Shown: positions 41,106 to 50,035, numbered from the stretch's first letter. The stretch is 64,000 nt of DNA from an uncultured Actinomycetota bacterium (GCA_963695865.1 CAVOIW010000004.1:295320-359319); one strand, 5' to 3'. Numbers and translations are program-made. Notes: generated from the sequence alone by a model not told the origin.

Positions 41106-41990
41106 ATGACGACCACCCTCGTCCGCGAAGACGCTACGCGCACCAGGCACAAGTCGGAACTGGAATCGAGCAACGGAGCAAAGATATTCAACCGGCTCGC
41201 GGCGACCTGCATGGTGCTGTTCGGCTTGATCTGGCTGGTGCCGTTCGTGTTCGCCGTAGTGACATCGCTGCGGCCGGACAACGAAATCACCGCCAACCCG
41301 TCCGGCTGGTGGTCGAATCATTGGACCTTGCAGGCCTATGGCACTGCCTTGAAGGACAATCCAATAGGTTGGTGGTATCTCAACAGCTTCATCATTGCGA
41401 CGCTCTCCGTTGTTTTCACGGTCGTCGTCTGCTCGATGATCGGCTTCGCCCTGGCGCAGTTGAGATTTCGCGGTCGCGGCGTCGTCACCGCCCTTGTTCT
41501 GATCGGGCTCATGGTGCCGACCCAGGCAATGGTCTTGCCGCAGTTCATCGAGTTCCGGTTCCTCCACCTGCTGGGAACGTACTGGGCCCTGGTCCTGCCC
41601 GCCATCGCGGCGCCGATCGCCGTATTCGTCTATCAAGCATTCATGAAAGGCCTGCCGCCCGCTCTGATCGAGGCGGCCAGGCTGGATGGAGCAAGTTGGT
41701 GGATGATCTACCGACGGGTCTGTATGCCCTTGTGCCGCCCGGCCACCTCCGCCGTCGCGATCCTGACCTTCGTGATGAGCTGGAATGCCTTCCTGTGGCC
41801 CTTGCTGGTGCTGACCCAGGCCAAGTCGCAGACCATCCCCGTCGGACTGTCCGGACTCGTGGGCGGCTCCGCGAACGTGTACGCCGAAGTGATGGCATCC
41901 GCCGTGCTGGGCATCATCCCGCTGTTCGCCGTATTCCTCATCTTCCAACGGCAGATCGTTCAGGGCGTCGCCCAGACCGGCATCAAATAG
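41106..41990 (+). CDS. Sugar ABC-transporter permease (MalG/UgpE-like)
   Basis: ATG 41106 after aagggaagg. Intact 294 aa. ...EAARLDGASWWMIYRRVCMPLCRPA... is the EAA motif. Confidence 0.85.
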   Translation: MTTTLVREDATRTRHKSELESSNGAKIFNRLAATCMVLFGLIWLVPFVFAVVTSLRPDNEITANPSGWWSNHWTLQAYGTALKDNPIGWWYLNSFIIATLSVVFTVVVCSMIGFALAQLRFRGRGVVTALVLIGLMVPTQAMVLPQFIEFRFLHLLGTYWALVLPAIAAPIAVFVYQAFMKGLPPALIEAARLDGASWWMIYRRVCMPLCRPATSAVAILTFVMSWNAFLWPLLVLTQAKSQTIPVGLSGLVGGSANVYAEVMASAVLGIIPLFAVFLIFQRQIVQGVAQTGIK

Positions 41991-42054
41991 CGGCCGCCCC
42001 GCCATCGAAAACGACGCAATACGTCAAGACGCAGGAAATCACGGAGGAAAGCTG

Positions 42055-42897
42055 ATGGACACCATTCCCGCCGTGGCCGCGGTGCCATTGCCCAGTCGCG
42101 AGGAGATCCGCACAACGATCTATCGGGATGGAATCATCGGCTGCCCCGGCGCATTCAGCCGGGAGTGGGTCGAGGAGCTGGCCGTGGACATCGACGCCGC
42201 TTTCCGGGAAGCACGCAGCCGCCCTGGCGGCGCGGTGGGGCGAGGCCCGGATCGGTGGTACGTGGAAATTCACCCGGAGGCGCTCCGCGGCTTCGTCGAC
42301 ATCGCCGCCCACCCGTGGATCCAGACGGTCAGCGAGGCGATCCTGGGACCCGACTACCACTTCGTCGAGGTCGGTTTCGACATTCCCGGCCCTGGCGCGG
42401 TGAACCAACCGTGGCACCGCGACTTCCCGATCCCGCCGGAGACGAAGAGGGAGCGGCGGCTGACCTCCCTCGCGTTCAACATCACGGCCGTTGATACCGA
42501 ACCCGATATGGGTCCGTTCGAAATCGCACTCGGCACCCAGTGGGACGACGGGCCCGAATTCGAGCACGGCATGTTCCCGCCCCGTGATCTCTATCCCCGC
42601 TACGCCGAGCGGGCCGTTCGCAAATTCCCGCAGATGGGCGACATCTCCGCGCGGACCGCCTTGACCATCCACCGCGGCACCACCAGCCACTCCGCCAAAT
42701 CGCGGCCGGTCCTGGTCGTCGGTGTCGACGGTCCCGACGCCGGCAACGCCGATCGACACGACCTGGCCGTGACCACCGACTACGCCGCAGCCCTGCCGCC
42801 GTCGGTGCGGCGGCATCTGATCTGCCCCGTGGTCGACACCCTCACCCCGATCACCCAGAAGCACACCATCGAAGGCCTGGTCATGGGCGACGCCTGA
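42055..42897 (+). CDS. Phytanoyl-CoA dioxygenase (PhyH) family protein
   Basis: Intact 280-aa ORF. WHRDFP...(HxD)...TIHRGTTSHS pattern of PhyH-type Fe(II)/2OG oxygenases. Confidence 0.7.
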   Translation: MDTIPAVAAVPLPSREEIRTTIYRDGIIGCPGAFSREWVEELAVDIDAAFREARSRPGGAVGRGPDRWYVEIHPEALRGFVDIAAHPWIQTVSEAILGPDYHFVEVGFDIPGPGAVNQPWHRDFPIPPETKRERRLTSLAFNITAVDTEPDMGPFEIALGTQWDDGPEFEHGMFPPRDLYPRYAERAVRKFPQMGDISARTALTIHRGTTSHSAKSRPVLVVGVDGPDAGNADRHDLAVTTDYAAALPPSVRRHLICPVVDTLTPITQKHTIEGLVMGDA

Positions 42898-42964
42898 CCG
42901 CAGGCCGTCGCACCGGGGCCGGCGGCCCCTTTCACCGGCGTCGACCTACTCAGGCGAGGAGTAT

Positions 42965-44827
42965 GTGATGCGTACCGTCCCGCTCGTGGCCATCGCCGCC
43001 GCGGTGCTGGCCTTCTCGCCGGCAACCGCCGGCGCCGCGCCGGCTGCCGTTGCAACCGCCGGCCCGGCCGGCGCGGCCGCCGTGACCCCGCCCAGCCACC
43101 GCAACCCGATGCCACTGGTGCTGCCCGGCGGGCAGGACGCGGCGAGCTGCGCCGATCCCATGGTCATCCACGGCCAGCAACGCTCCGACCGGAACTGGTA
43201 CCTGTACTGCACCTCCGACGCCCTGACCGCCGCGCCCGGCCCGGACGGTTTGCCCGTCATTCACAACCTGCCGATGTACCGCTCCACCAACCTGACCACG
43301 TGGCACTACGCCGGGGACGCCTTCGCCGACAAGCCAGCCTGGGTGGCTCCGGCCGGCGGCATGTGGGCGCCCGACGTGACCTATCGCAACGGTCTGTACT
43401 ACCTGTACTACGCCGCATCGGACACGACTCTGCCCGGCGGCGGCTCCGCCATCGGAGTGGCCACCAGCACCAGTCCCACCGGCCCGTGGACCGACTCGGG
43501 CGGACCGGTCGTCGCGCCGCAGAACGCACCGAACGACACAAAGCGGCGCTGGGAGTTCGACCCGGAAGTTGTCACCGCCGGTTCCCACACCTACCTCTAC
43601 TTCGGCAGCTACTTCGGCGGCATCCACGCCAGGGAGCTGACTCCGGACGGGCTGCATTCGCTGCCGGCGACCGAGACCGCCATCGCAATCGACAACCGTT
43701 ACGAAGCAACGACCATCGTCCAGCACGCCGGTTGGTACTACTTCATGGGCTCGGCCACGAACTGCTGCAACGGCCCGCTCACCGGCTACGCCGTCTTCGC
43801 CGCACGATCCCGCAACCCGCTGGGGCCGTTCCTGGATCGGGACGGCAGGTCGATCCTCGCCGGACGGGTCGGCGGCACACCGGTGATCACCCAGAACGGC
43901 AACCGCTGGGTCGGCACCGGCCACAACACCGTGATCACCGACTTCGCCGGCCAGGACTGGACCATCTACCACGCCGTCGACCGCAACGATCCGTACTACG
44001 CGGGCGACGTCGGCTACACCAAGCGGCCCGCCCTGATCGATCCTCTGGACTGGCGCGACGGCTGGCCCGTCGTCAGGGCCGGCCGCGGCCCCTCCGACAC
44101 TCTCCAGCCAGGGCCGGTCGCCCAACCGGGCGAGCGACCCACCTACCGTCCGCACTTCGCACCTACACCTCAACCCGGCCGGCCGATCGCGCAGCTCTCC
44201 GACAACTTCACCGGAACAACGCTGTCGTCACGGTGGACCTGGGTCCGGCCGCCCGCCGCCGCCGACGCGCCGACCGTCAACGGCGGGGCGCTGACCTGGA
44301 GAACACAGCCCGGGGACCTGCACCCCGAGACCGCAGGGTCGGCACTGGCGTCCGTGCTCAGCGAACCAGCACCGACCGGTGACTACGTCGTGGACACCAA
44401 GGTCGCAGTGAACGTCCCCGCCGAAGGGTGCTGTCAGAATTTCGTGCAGGGCGGTGTCGTGATCTACGGCGACGACGGCAACTACGTCAAGCTCGCATCG
44501 GTGTCGATCTGGGATACCCGGCAAACCGAATTCGGCAAAGAAGTCACGCCGGTCCCCGCTAAAACCCCGAACTACGGCAACACCGTCGTCGGACCCGTCG
44601 GCACCTGGACCTACCTGCGCATCATCCACCACCGCCTGGGCGACCAAGACGCCTACACCGCGTACACCAGCGTGGACGGCCGGCACTACGACACCGGCGG
44701 CACCTGGACCGCCGACCTCGGCGCCCACCCCCGCATCGGCCTGATCTCGATGGGGGGCGCTGGGTACACCACTACCTTCGGCTACCTCACCGTCAGTCGA
44801 GTCGCCCCGTCCGGCCCGTGCCGCTGA
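42965..44827 (+). CDS. Secreted glycoside hydrolase family 43 protein (arabinanase/xylosidase-type) with C-terminal beta-sandwich domain
   Basis: Intact 620-aa ORF. Signal peptide MMRTVPLVAIAAAVLAFSPATAGAA. The catalytic region contains ...CADPMVIHG...MWAPDVTYRNGLYYLYYAA...YFGSYFGGI...WVGTGHNTVI... (five-bladed propeller, GH43). C-terminal about 200 aa is a concanavalin-like domain. Confidence 0.8.
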   Translation: MMRTVPLVAIAAAVLAFSPATAGAAPAAVATAGPAGAAAVTPPSHRNPMPLVLPGGQDAASCADPMVIHGQQRSDRNWYLYCTSDALTAAPGPDGLPVIHNLPMYRSTNLTTWHYAGDAFADKPAWVAPAGGMWAPDVTYRNGLYYLYYAASDTTLPGGGSAIGVATSTSPTGPWTDSGGPVVAPQNAPNDTKRRWEFDPEVVTAGSHTYLYFGSYFGGIHARELTPDGLHSLPATETAIAIDNRYEATTIVQHAGWYYFMGSATNCCNGPLTGYAVFAARSRNPLGPFLDRDGRSILAGRVGGTPVITQNGNRWVGTGHNTVITDFAGQDWTIYHAVDRNDPYYAGDVGYTKRPALIDPLDWRDGWPVVRAGRGPSDTLQPGPVAQPGERPTYRPHFAPTPQPGRPIAQLSDNFTGTTLSSRWTWVRPPAAADAPTVNGGALTWRTQPGDLHPETAGSALASVLSEPAPTGDYVVDTKVAVNVPAEGCCQNFVQGGVVIYGDDGNYVKLASVSIWDTRQTEFGKEVTPVPAKTPNYGNTVVGPVGTWTYLRIIHHRLGDQDAYTAYTSVDGRHYDTGGTWTADLGAHPRIGLISMGGAGYTTTFGYLTVSRVAPSGPCR

Positions 44828-44830
44828 TCG

Positions 44831-45586
44831 CTAGACACCTTTGACGAACAGGTAGACAGCGATCGCCACGCCGAGGGTCACCACGCTCCAACGGAGTGCG
44901 GTCTCGTTCACATGGCGGGCGATGCGAGCGCCCACGTATCCGCCGATCAGCGTGGCCGGTGCGGCTATCAGTACCGCCGTCCAGTTGACGGGGCCGAAGA
45001 AGCCGAAGATGAGCACGCTGATGGAGCAGTCGACGAACGACACGACGCCCTTCAGGGCGTTCAGCCTGCGAAGCGTGTCAGGGACGGTCAGGGCGAGCAC
45101 GCCGAGAATGATGACGCCGAGCGCGGCTCCGAAGTAGCCGCCGTAGACCGTCGCTGCGATCATCGCCGGGAATTGGACCGTCCAGATACGGCCACCCTCG
45201 CGAGGCTCACCGACCCGCTTCTTGATGGTGGGTTGGAAGGCCAGCATGCCGGCGGCGACGAGGACGAGAAGGGGGACGATCACGTCGAAGGCACCCGGCG
45301 GCGTGACGAGGAGCAGGACGCATCCGGTGGTCGTGCCGATGAGGGTGGCCAGTAGCAGGGGCCGCATCCTCGCCCGTTGTCCGACCAGTTCCGGGCGGAA
45401 CCCCAGCACGCCACCGGCGTACCCGGGCCAGGTCGCCACCGAGTTGGTTACGTTCGCGGCCAGGGGTGACATACCGGTGGCCAGCAGCGCCGGGAACAGG
45501 ATCAGCGACCCGCCGCCGGCGATCGAATTGATCGCTCCACACAGCAGCCCGGCGATCGCGATCAGCGCGACAGAGGAGGGACTCAC
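44831..45586 (-). CDS. TauE/SafE family sulfite/anion exporter (DUF81)
   Basis: Intact 251-aa ORF with 7-8 transmembrane segments, Gly-rich GGGS and PALL motifs. Confidence 0.8.
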   Translation of the reverse strand: MSPSSVALIAIAGLLCGAINSIAGGGSLILFPALLATGMSPLAANVTNSVATWPGYAGGVLGFRPELVGQRARMRPLLLATLIGTTTGCVLLLVTPPGAFDVIVPLLVLVAAGMLAFQPTIKKRVGEPREGGRIWTVQFPAMIAATVYGGYFGAALGVIILGVLALTVPDTLRRLNALKGVVSFVDCSISVLIFGFFGPVNWTAVLIAAPATLIGGYVGARIARHVNETALRWSVVTLGVAIAVYLFVKGV

Positions 45587-45646
45587 CGCGCCACCCTACG
45601 CAGCCGCCACTCGATGACGCGGGCCTGGGCGGTACACCTTCTACTG

Positions 45647-45660
45647 CGAACAAATGTTCG
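45647..45660. promoter_or_regulatory. LexA / Cheo-type SOS box CGAACAAATGTTCG overlapping the start codon of the 45654 gene
   Basis: Read directly: gcGAACaaATGTTCGa. It has the GAAC-N4-GTTC dyad and differs from the Gram-positive consensus CGAACATATGTTCG at one spacer base. It extends to the actinobacterial TCGAAC-N4-GTTCGA at 11 of 12 positions. The ATG of the ORF lies inside the box. Confidence 0.6.
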
Positions 45661-45983
45661 ATAACATTGATGTCGTGGAGAGCCCATCGCTGAACAGGTA
45701 CGTGAACGAGATCAACCCCAAGGTGGTCCCGACCAGGCCACAGGGGCGCGTCCCGGCTATCGCCAGGTTGGTTCTGGACGCGGCGGGCAGCTACGAGATG
45801 TGGCCATGCACTGCCCTGCGCTGGACGGAAGAAGCGGTCATGGTCACCATCCAGTTCACGCCGGGGGAGTCGCAGAGCGCACGCCCGCTGTGGCTGGCGG
45901 TCGACGACGTGGCGAGGGTGCTCCGGCAGGCGATACCTTCCGCACCCCAGCCGCCGAACGAAGCCGGGCGGTCGACCGACTGA
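45654..45983 (+). CDS. Hypothetical 109-aa protein, putatively LexA-regulated (SOS)
   Basis: ORF 45654..45983: MFDNIDVVESPSLNRYVNEINPKVVPTRPQGRVPAIARLVLDAAGSYEMWPCTALRWTEEAVMVTIQFTPGESQSARPLWLAVDDVARVLRQAIPSAPQPPNEAGRSTD. Third-position GC is high, consistent with coding. No family recognised. The start codon is embedded in a near-consensus SOS box. Confidence 0.55.
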   Translation: MFDNIDVVESPSLNRYVNEINPKVVPTRPQGRVPAIARLVLDAAGSYEMWPCTALRWTEEAVMVTIQFTPGESQSARPLWLAVDDVARVLRQAIPSAPQPPNEAGRSTD

Positions 45984-45998
45984 TACCAACCCGGCACC

Positions 45999-46448
45999 TC
46001 AGCGGGCCCTGCCCGCCCGAAGCGTCTCCATTGCCTTGTCCAACCGTCGCTGCCGCGTCTCCGGGGTCTTCGCGCCCTCGATCGCCAGTACGTGCGCCGA
46101 CTGATTGCTGTAAGACAGGGTCTCGAAGAATTTCCTGACCACCGGTTCGGCGGCCAGCCGTTCGGCGAAGTCGGCTGGCACCGTGACTTCGCGTGGTGCG
46201 TCATCGATCTCGACGCGGACGTCGACCTCGTCACCCGCCGTCAGTCCGGTGATCTTCCTGATCTCCGCGCTGACCGGGATGAGAAAGCGCTCACCGCGCG
46301 GCGCGATGGTGCTCCGGTAGGTATGGCCGTTGATCGTCACCGACACCGCCGGCTTCTTGCCCCGGCCCAATGCCGTGACCACCTCGGGTGGCACCAGGAG
46401 GCCGGTGGCCGTCTTGCCTTCCAACTGCAACGTGGTTCGGAAGTTCAT
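45999..46448 (-). CDS. DUF1905 plus YdeI/OmpD-associated domain protein
   Basis: Intact 149-aa ORF. MNFRTTLQLEGKTATGLLVPPEVVTALGRGKKPAVSVTINGHTYRSTIAPRGERFLIPVSAEIRKITGLTAGDEVDVRVEIDDAPREV (DUF1905), then ...ADFAERLAAEPVVRKFFETLSYSNQSAHVLAIEGAKTPETRQRRLDKAMETLRAGRAR (YdeI-like). It starts 15 bp after the LigD-Pol stop on the same strand. Confidence 0.8.
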   Translation of the reverse strand: MNFRTTLQLEGKTATGLLVPPEVVTALGRGKKPAVSVTINGHTYRSTIAPRGERFLIPVSAEIRKITGLTAGDEVDVRVEIDDAPREVTVPADFAERLAAEPVVRKFFETLSYSNQSAHVLAIEGAKTPETRQRRLDKAMETLRAGRAR

Positions 46449-46463
46449 GCCGGGAGTATGCCG

Positions 46464-47432
46464 CTACTCGGGTACATCTTCCGCACCGGCCAATTCGTCT
46501 CGTTCCGCCCACTCGATGAGTGGGTCGATGGAGAACACCGCTTCGTCGATCCCGGCATGCAGATCGCCGAGTTCGGCGAACCTCGCCGGAACGGTGCCCA
46601 TCGTGCACTCCTGGGGCTGCACCTCGTCGACCTCCGACCACGAGATCGGCGTGGACACCGTCCCTCTCGGTACTCCCCGCACCGAGTACGCGCTGGCAAT
46701 CGTGTGGTCCCGGGCGTTCTGGTTGTAGTCGACGAACAACTTGCGCGGGTCCCGGTCCTTTCGCCACCAGGTGGTGGTCACGTCGTCCGGAATGCGCCGC
46801 TCGACCTCACGGGCGAAGGCCAGGGCCCCGCGGCGGACGTCCTTGAATCCCCACTGCGGGTCGATCCGGACGTAGACGTGCATGCCGTGACCGCCAGAGG
46901 TCTTCGGCCAGCCGACGGCACCGATTTCATCCAGGAGGTCGTGCACGACATGCGCTACCCGGCGCACGGTGTCGAACGGGCAGTCCGGGCCGGGATCCAG
47001 GTCGATCCGCCATTCGTCAGGGCGCTCGGTGTCTGCCCGCCTGGAGTTCCAGGGATGGAATTCGACGCAGGACATCTGGACCGACCAGATCACGTCCGCA
47101 AGCCGGGTCACGCACAATTCGTCTGCGTTGCGGCCGGACGGAAAGTCCACGCGGACCGTTTCGATCCACTCCGGTGCGCCCCGGGGAATTCTTTTCTGGT
47201 GCACCTTTTCGCCGGCGAGCCCGTCCGGGAAACGATGCATCATGCACGGACGTTCGCGCAGCGCACGGACGATGCCGTCCCCGACGGACAGGTAGTAATT
47301 CGCGAGATCCAGCTTGGTGAAGCCGCTTTCGGGAAAGTACACGCGATCGGGATTGGAGATCCGCACGTCGACGTCGCCCACCTTCAGTTCCACTGCCGGT
47401 GAAGTGCCGCGGGCCGCCATGCCGTCCAACAT
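46464..47432 (-). CDS. Standalone LigD polymerase / primase-polymerase domain protein (NHEJ polymerase, archaeo-eukaryotic primase fold)
   Basis: ORF 46464..47537. Probable start is the ATG at 47430-47432 (MLDGMAARG...). ...DVDVRISNPDRVYFPESGFTKLDLANYYLSVGDGIVRALRERPCMMHRFPDG...WIETVRVDFPSGRNADELCVTRLADVIWSVQMSCVEFHPWNSRRAD...GGHGMHVYVRI...KLFVDYNQNARDHTIASAYSVRG matches LigD-Pol (PolDom) motifs. It starts 10 bp after the dinB stop. Confidence 0.85.
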   Translation of the reverse strand: MLDGMAARGTSPAVELKVGDVDVRISNPDRVYFPESGFTKLDLANYYLSVGDGIVRALRERPCMMHRFPDGLAGEKVHQKRIPRGAPEWIETVRVDFPSGRNADELCVTRLADVIWSVQMSCVEFHPWNSRRADTERPDEWRIDLDPGPDCPFDTVRRVAHVVHDLLDEIGAVGWPKTSGGHGMHVYVRIDPQWGFKDVRRGALAFAREVERRIPDDVTTTWWRKDRDPRKLFVDYNQNARDHTIASAYSVRGVPRGTVSTPISWSEVDEVQPQECTMGTVPARFAELGDLHAGIDEAVFSIDPLIEWAERDELAGAEDVPE

Positions 47433-47442
47433 ATCTGGCCGC

Positions 47443-48642
47443 TCAGTCCGGCAGCATCGGCATGGCCCAGCCGGAGTCTCGGCCCAGCAGGACGCCGCGA
47501 GTGAGCGCCGCGCTGCCAAATCTGTGCCGCACGTCATCCAAGGCAGAATCCAGCGCTGTGGCGCTGAACTCGCGGAACGGCAACTCCAATTGAACGGCGT
47601 CGTCTTCGTGCCGGAAGCCTGCCACTGATATTCCTACCAACGTCAGGCCGCGTTCGGAGACCAGCGGTTCGGCGGCCGCCATCAGTTCGCGAATCGCGAG
47701 CAGGATCTCCGGGGTCTGTGAGGTGGCGCGAGGGAGTGTGTGCGATCGGGTGGCCCTGGAGAAATCGTCGAATCGAAGGCGCAGCATCACCGTGCGCCCC
47801 CGCCGGTCGGCATCCCGCATTCGCCTGGTCACCCGATCCACCAGGCCGAGCAGGACGGCATCGAGGTCGGCTGTGCTGCGCCGGGTTCGCCCGAGAGCGC
47901 GCTGCGCACCGATGGATGATCTGCGCCTTCCGACCTGAACCCGCCGCGGGTCCTGATTGTGCGCCAGCGCGTGCAGGTGCCGGCCCGACCCTTTACCCAG
48001 CATGGCGACCAAGGTCGATTCGCCCAACTCCGCGACCTGACCGACCGTGCCGATGCCGTGGGCGTGCAGTTTGCCGGCCGTGACCTTGCCGACCCCCCAC
48101 AGTCTCTCGACCGCGAGCGGGTGCAGGAATTCGAACTCCGCGTCGGGCGGAACCTCGAGCAGGCCATCGGGTTTGGCCACTCCGCTGGCTACTTTGGCGA
48201 GGAATTTGGTGCGCGCGACGCCAACGGTGATGTTGAGTCCCACTTCGTCGCGTACCCGCCGACGCAGCCGGACCGCGATGTCGACCGGCGAACCCGCAAC
48301 GCGGCGCAGGCCGCCGACATCCAAAAAGGCCTCGTCGATCGAGATGCCCTCGACCAAGGGCGTCGTCTGCTCGAACACTTCGAAGACAGCTCGGCTCGCC
48401 GCGGTATAGGCCGAGAACCTCGGCTCGACCACGACGGCATCGGGGCAGGCCTGACGAGCTTGGAATCCGCTCATCGCCGACCGCACTCCGAACGCCTTGG
48501 CCTCATAACTGGCCGCCAGCACGACACCGCCGCCGACGATCACCGGCCGCCCGCGCAACGCCGGGTTGTCCCGCTGCTCGACCGAGGCGAAGAAGGCATC
48601 GAGGTCGGCATGCAGGATCGTTGCGTGGGCGGACACGAACAT
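47443..48642 (-). CDS. dinB: DNA polymerase IV (Y-family translesion polymerase)
   Basis: Intact 399-aa ORF. MFVSAHATILHADLDAFFASVEQRDNPALRGRPVIVGG...ISIDEAFLDV... are the Y-family palm motifs (DxDAFFASVE, SIDEAFLD). The ATG is embedded in an SOS box. Confidence 0.9.
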   Translation of the reverse strand: MFVSAHATILHADLDAFFASVEQRDNPALRGRPVIVGGGVVLAASYEAKAFGVRSAMSGFQARQACPDAVVVEPRFSAYTAASRAVFEVFEQTTPLVEGISIDEAFLDVGGLRRVAGSPVDIAVRLRRRVRDEVGLNITVGVARTKFLAKVASGVAKPDGLLEVPPDAEFEFLHPLAVERLWGVGKVTAGKLHAHGIGTVGQVAELGESTLVAMLGKGSGRHLHALAHNQDPRRVQVGRRRSSIGAQRALGRTRRSTADLDAVLLGLVDRVTRRMRDADRRGRTVMLRLRFDDFSRATRSHTLPRATSQTPEILLAIRELMAAAEPLVSERGLTLVGISVAGFRHEDDAVQLELPFREFSATALDSALDDVRHRFGSAALTRGVLLGRDSGWAMPMLPD

Positions 48643-48649
48643 ATGTTCG
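48636..48649. promoter_or_regulatory. LexA / Cheo-type SOS box CGAACATATGTTCG (perfect palindrome) overlapping the dinB start codon
   Basis: Read directly at 48636-48649. It is identical to the Gram-positive Cheo-box consensus and matches the actinobacterial TCGAAC-N4-GTTCGA core GAAC-N4-GTTC. The dinB ATG (complement of 48640-48642) sits in the spacer. The plus-strand ORF 48655..48909 starts 6 bp to the right. Confidence 0.65.
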
Positions 48650-48921
48650 CATGAATGAGGCGTGATGGGAATGATCCAGACGCATCCTGCGCCGCACTCG
48701 TGCGTCCTTCGGGCATGAGTTCGACACAGACCACAGCCCAGAGATCACTCCACCACGCCGCCGTCAGATTCGTCCCCGCAACGGCGAACGAGCGTCGATC
48801 CCACCTGCGCGCCGTGCCCAACCATCTCGCCGTGGCGCCACTGGTGCAGCCACAGGCACCGGAGTGCGACGACAATTGCCATTACTGCCAGGGCCCCGAA
48901 ACCGACTGACTGGCGCGAGGC

Positions 48922-49860
48922 TCAACGGGCGATGGGCAGCGGTCTGCTGCTGATCCCGATCAAGGTGTCCTCCAGCAGGTTCGGCGGTTTCACGGCCGCG
49001 ATACAGGCGAGGTACCCCTGGAACAGCCCGGCCGCCGTCAGCGGCACCATCGAAGTGCCGTCCAGTACGTAGGCCGAGATCACCAGCCGGCCAGCACGCG
49101 TGGGGTCCGCCGTGCGCAACGACCGGGTTGCCATGCCCAGACACGACCTGTTGACCTGGGTGACCGTCGTGCCAGCTGCGGTGACCTCGGTCACCGCCAG
49201 AATCTCGAAGCGGTGCGGTGTGGAACACCCCACCTGCTGATCCGCCATCTGCTGCTCGCTCGTGGACTGCAGCGACCGCCAGCAGGTGGCAAACTCCGGC
49301 GGCAGCACACCGGTGGTCAGTGCATCGCTGAGCCGGCCACGGTACGGCCTCCGGTCGGGTGTCACGCCGACACAGGCTGTCCACGTCCGGCCGGCCCGGA
49401 TCTGCAGGGCGCTGGGCCCGACTGACACCGATTGCACGGTCACGGCCGCCTGCCAGGCTATCCCTGGGGTCGTGATCGTCGCGGGATCGAACGGGCCGAT
49501 CGAGCCGACGTAGTTCACCTCCGACAGCTCACACGTCGAGCTGTCGAACTCGTAGGACGCGACGGTGGTACGGCGCAAGTCGTGCTGAGCGAGATCGACC
49601 GACATCACCTCGCCGATGACCGGCCCGGCGCAACTCCCGTATTCCATCGTCGGATAGGTCACCTGCGCATTCACATCGCTGCTCTGATCCGTCGGCGGCA
49701 GGGGCGAAATCGCCCGCACGCAGTCGCCGACCGACGGCGGGTCCGCAATTACAGCCGCGACCGGTGATCCCTTCACCTGATGACCAACCGCGCTGGGAAC
49801 GACGAGGGCCGCGAGTGCCACCGCGGTCAACACCAGCACTCCGAACAGTCGCCGATCCAC
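48922..49860 (-). CDS. Secreted or membrane-anchored hypothetical protein (septum-formation-family-like, Cys-containing)
   Basis: Intact 312-aa ORF. N-terminal hydrophobic segment MDRRLFGVLVLTAVALAALVVPSAVG, with GDCV and several conserved Cys. Family call is tentative. Confidence 0.55.
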   Translation of the reverse strand: MDRRLFGVLVLTAVALAALVVPSAVGHQVKGSPVAAVIADPPSVGDCVRAISPLPPTDQSSDVNAQVTYPTMEYGSCAGPVIGEVMSVDLAQHDLRRTTVASYEFDSSTCELSEVNYVGSIGPFDPATITTPGIAWQAAVTVQSVSVGPSALQIRAGRTWTACVGVTPDRRPYRGRLSDALTTGVLPPEFATCWRSLQSTSEQQMADQQVGCSTPHRFEILAVTEVTAAGTTVTQVNRSCLGMATRSLRTADPTRAGRLVISAYVLDGTSMVPLTAAGLFQGYLACIAAVKPPNLLEDTLIGISSRPLPIAR

Positions 49861-50035
49861 CAGATCATTCCTACACCGCGTCCGGATACGTCGCCCGCCC
49901 GTCGAGCGCGCGGGTGACTACGGCACCGCGTCGACGTGAGGTTCCGCTGCCGACGCGGAAGAATGGGGCCACCATGGTGAGGTGCCGCTGCCGCGATCGA
50001 GCAGGGCACGGTGCAACGACGAGAGGACTGCCGGA

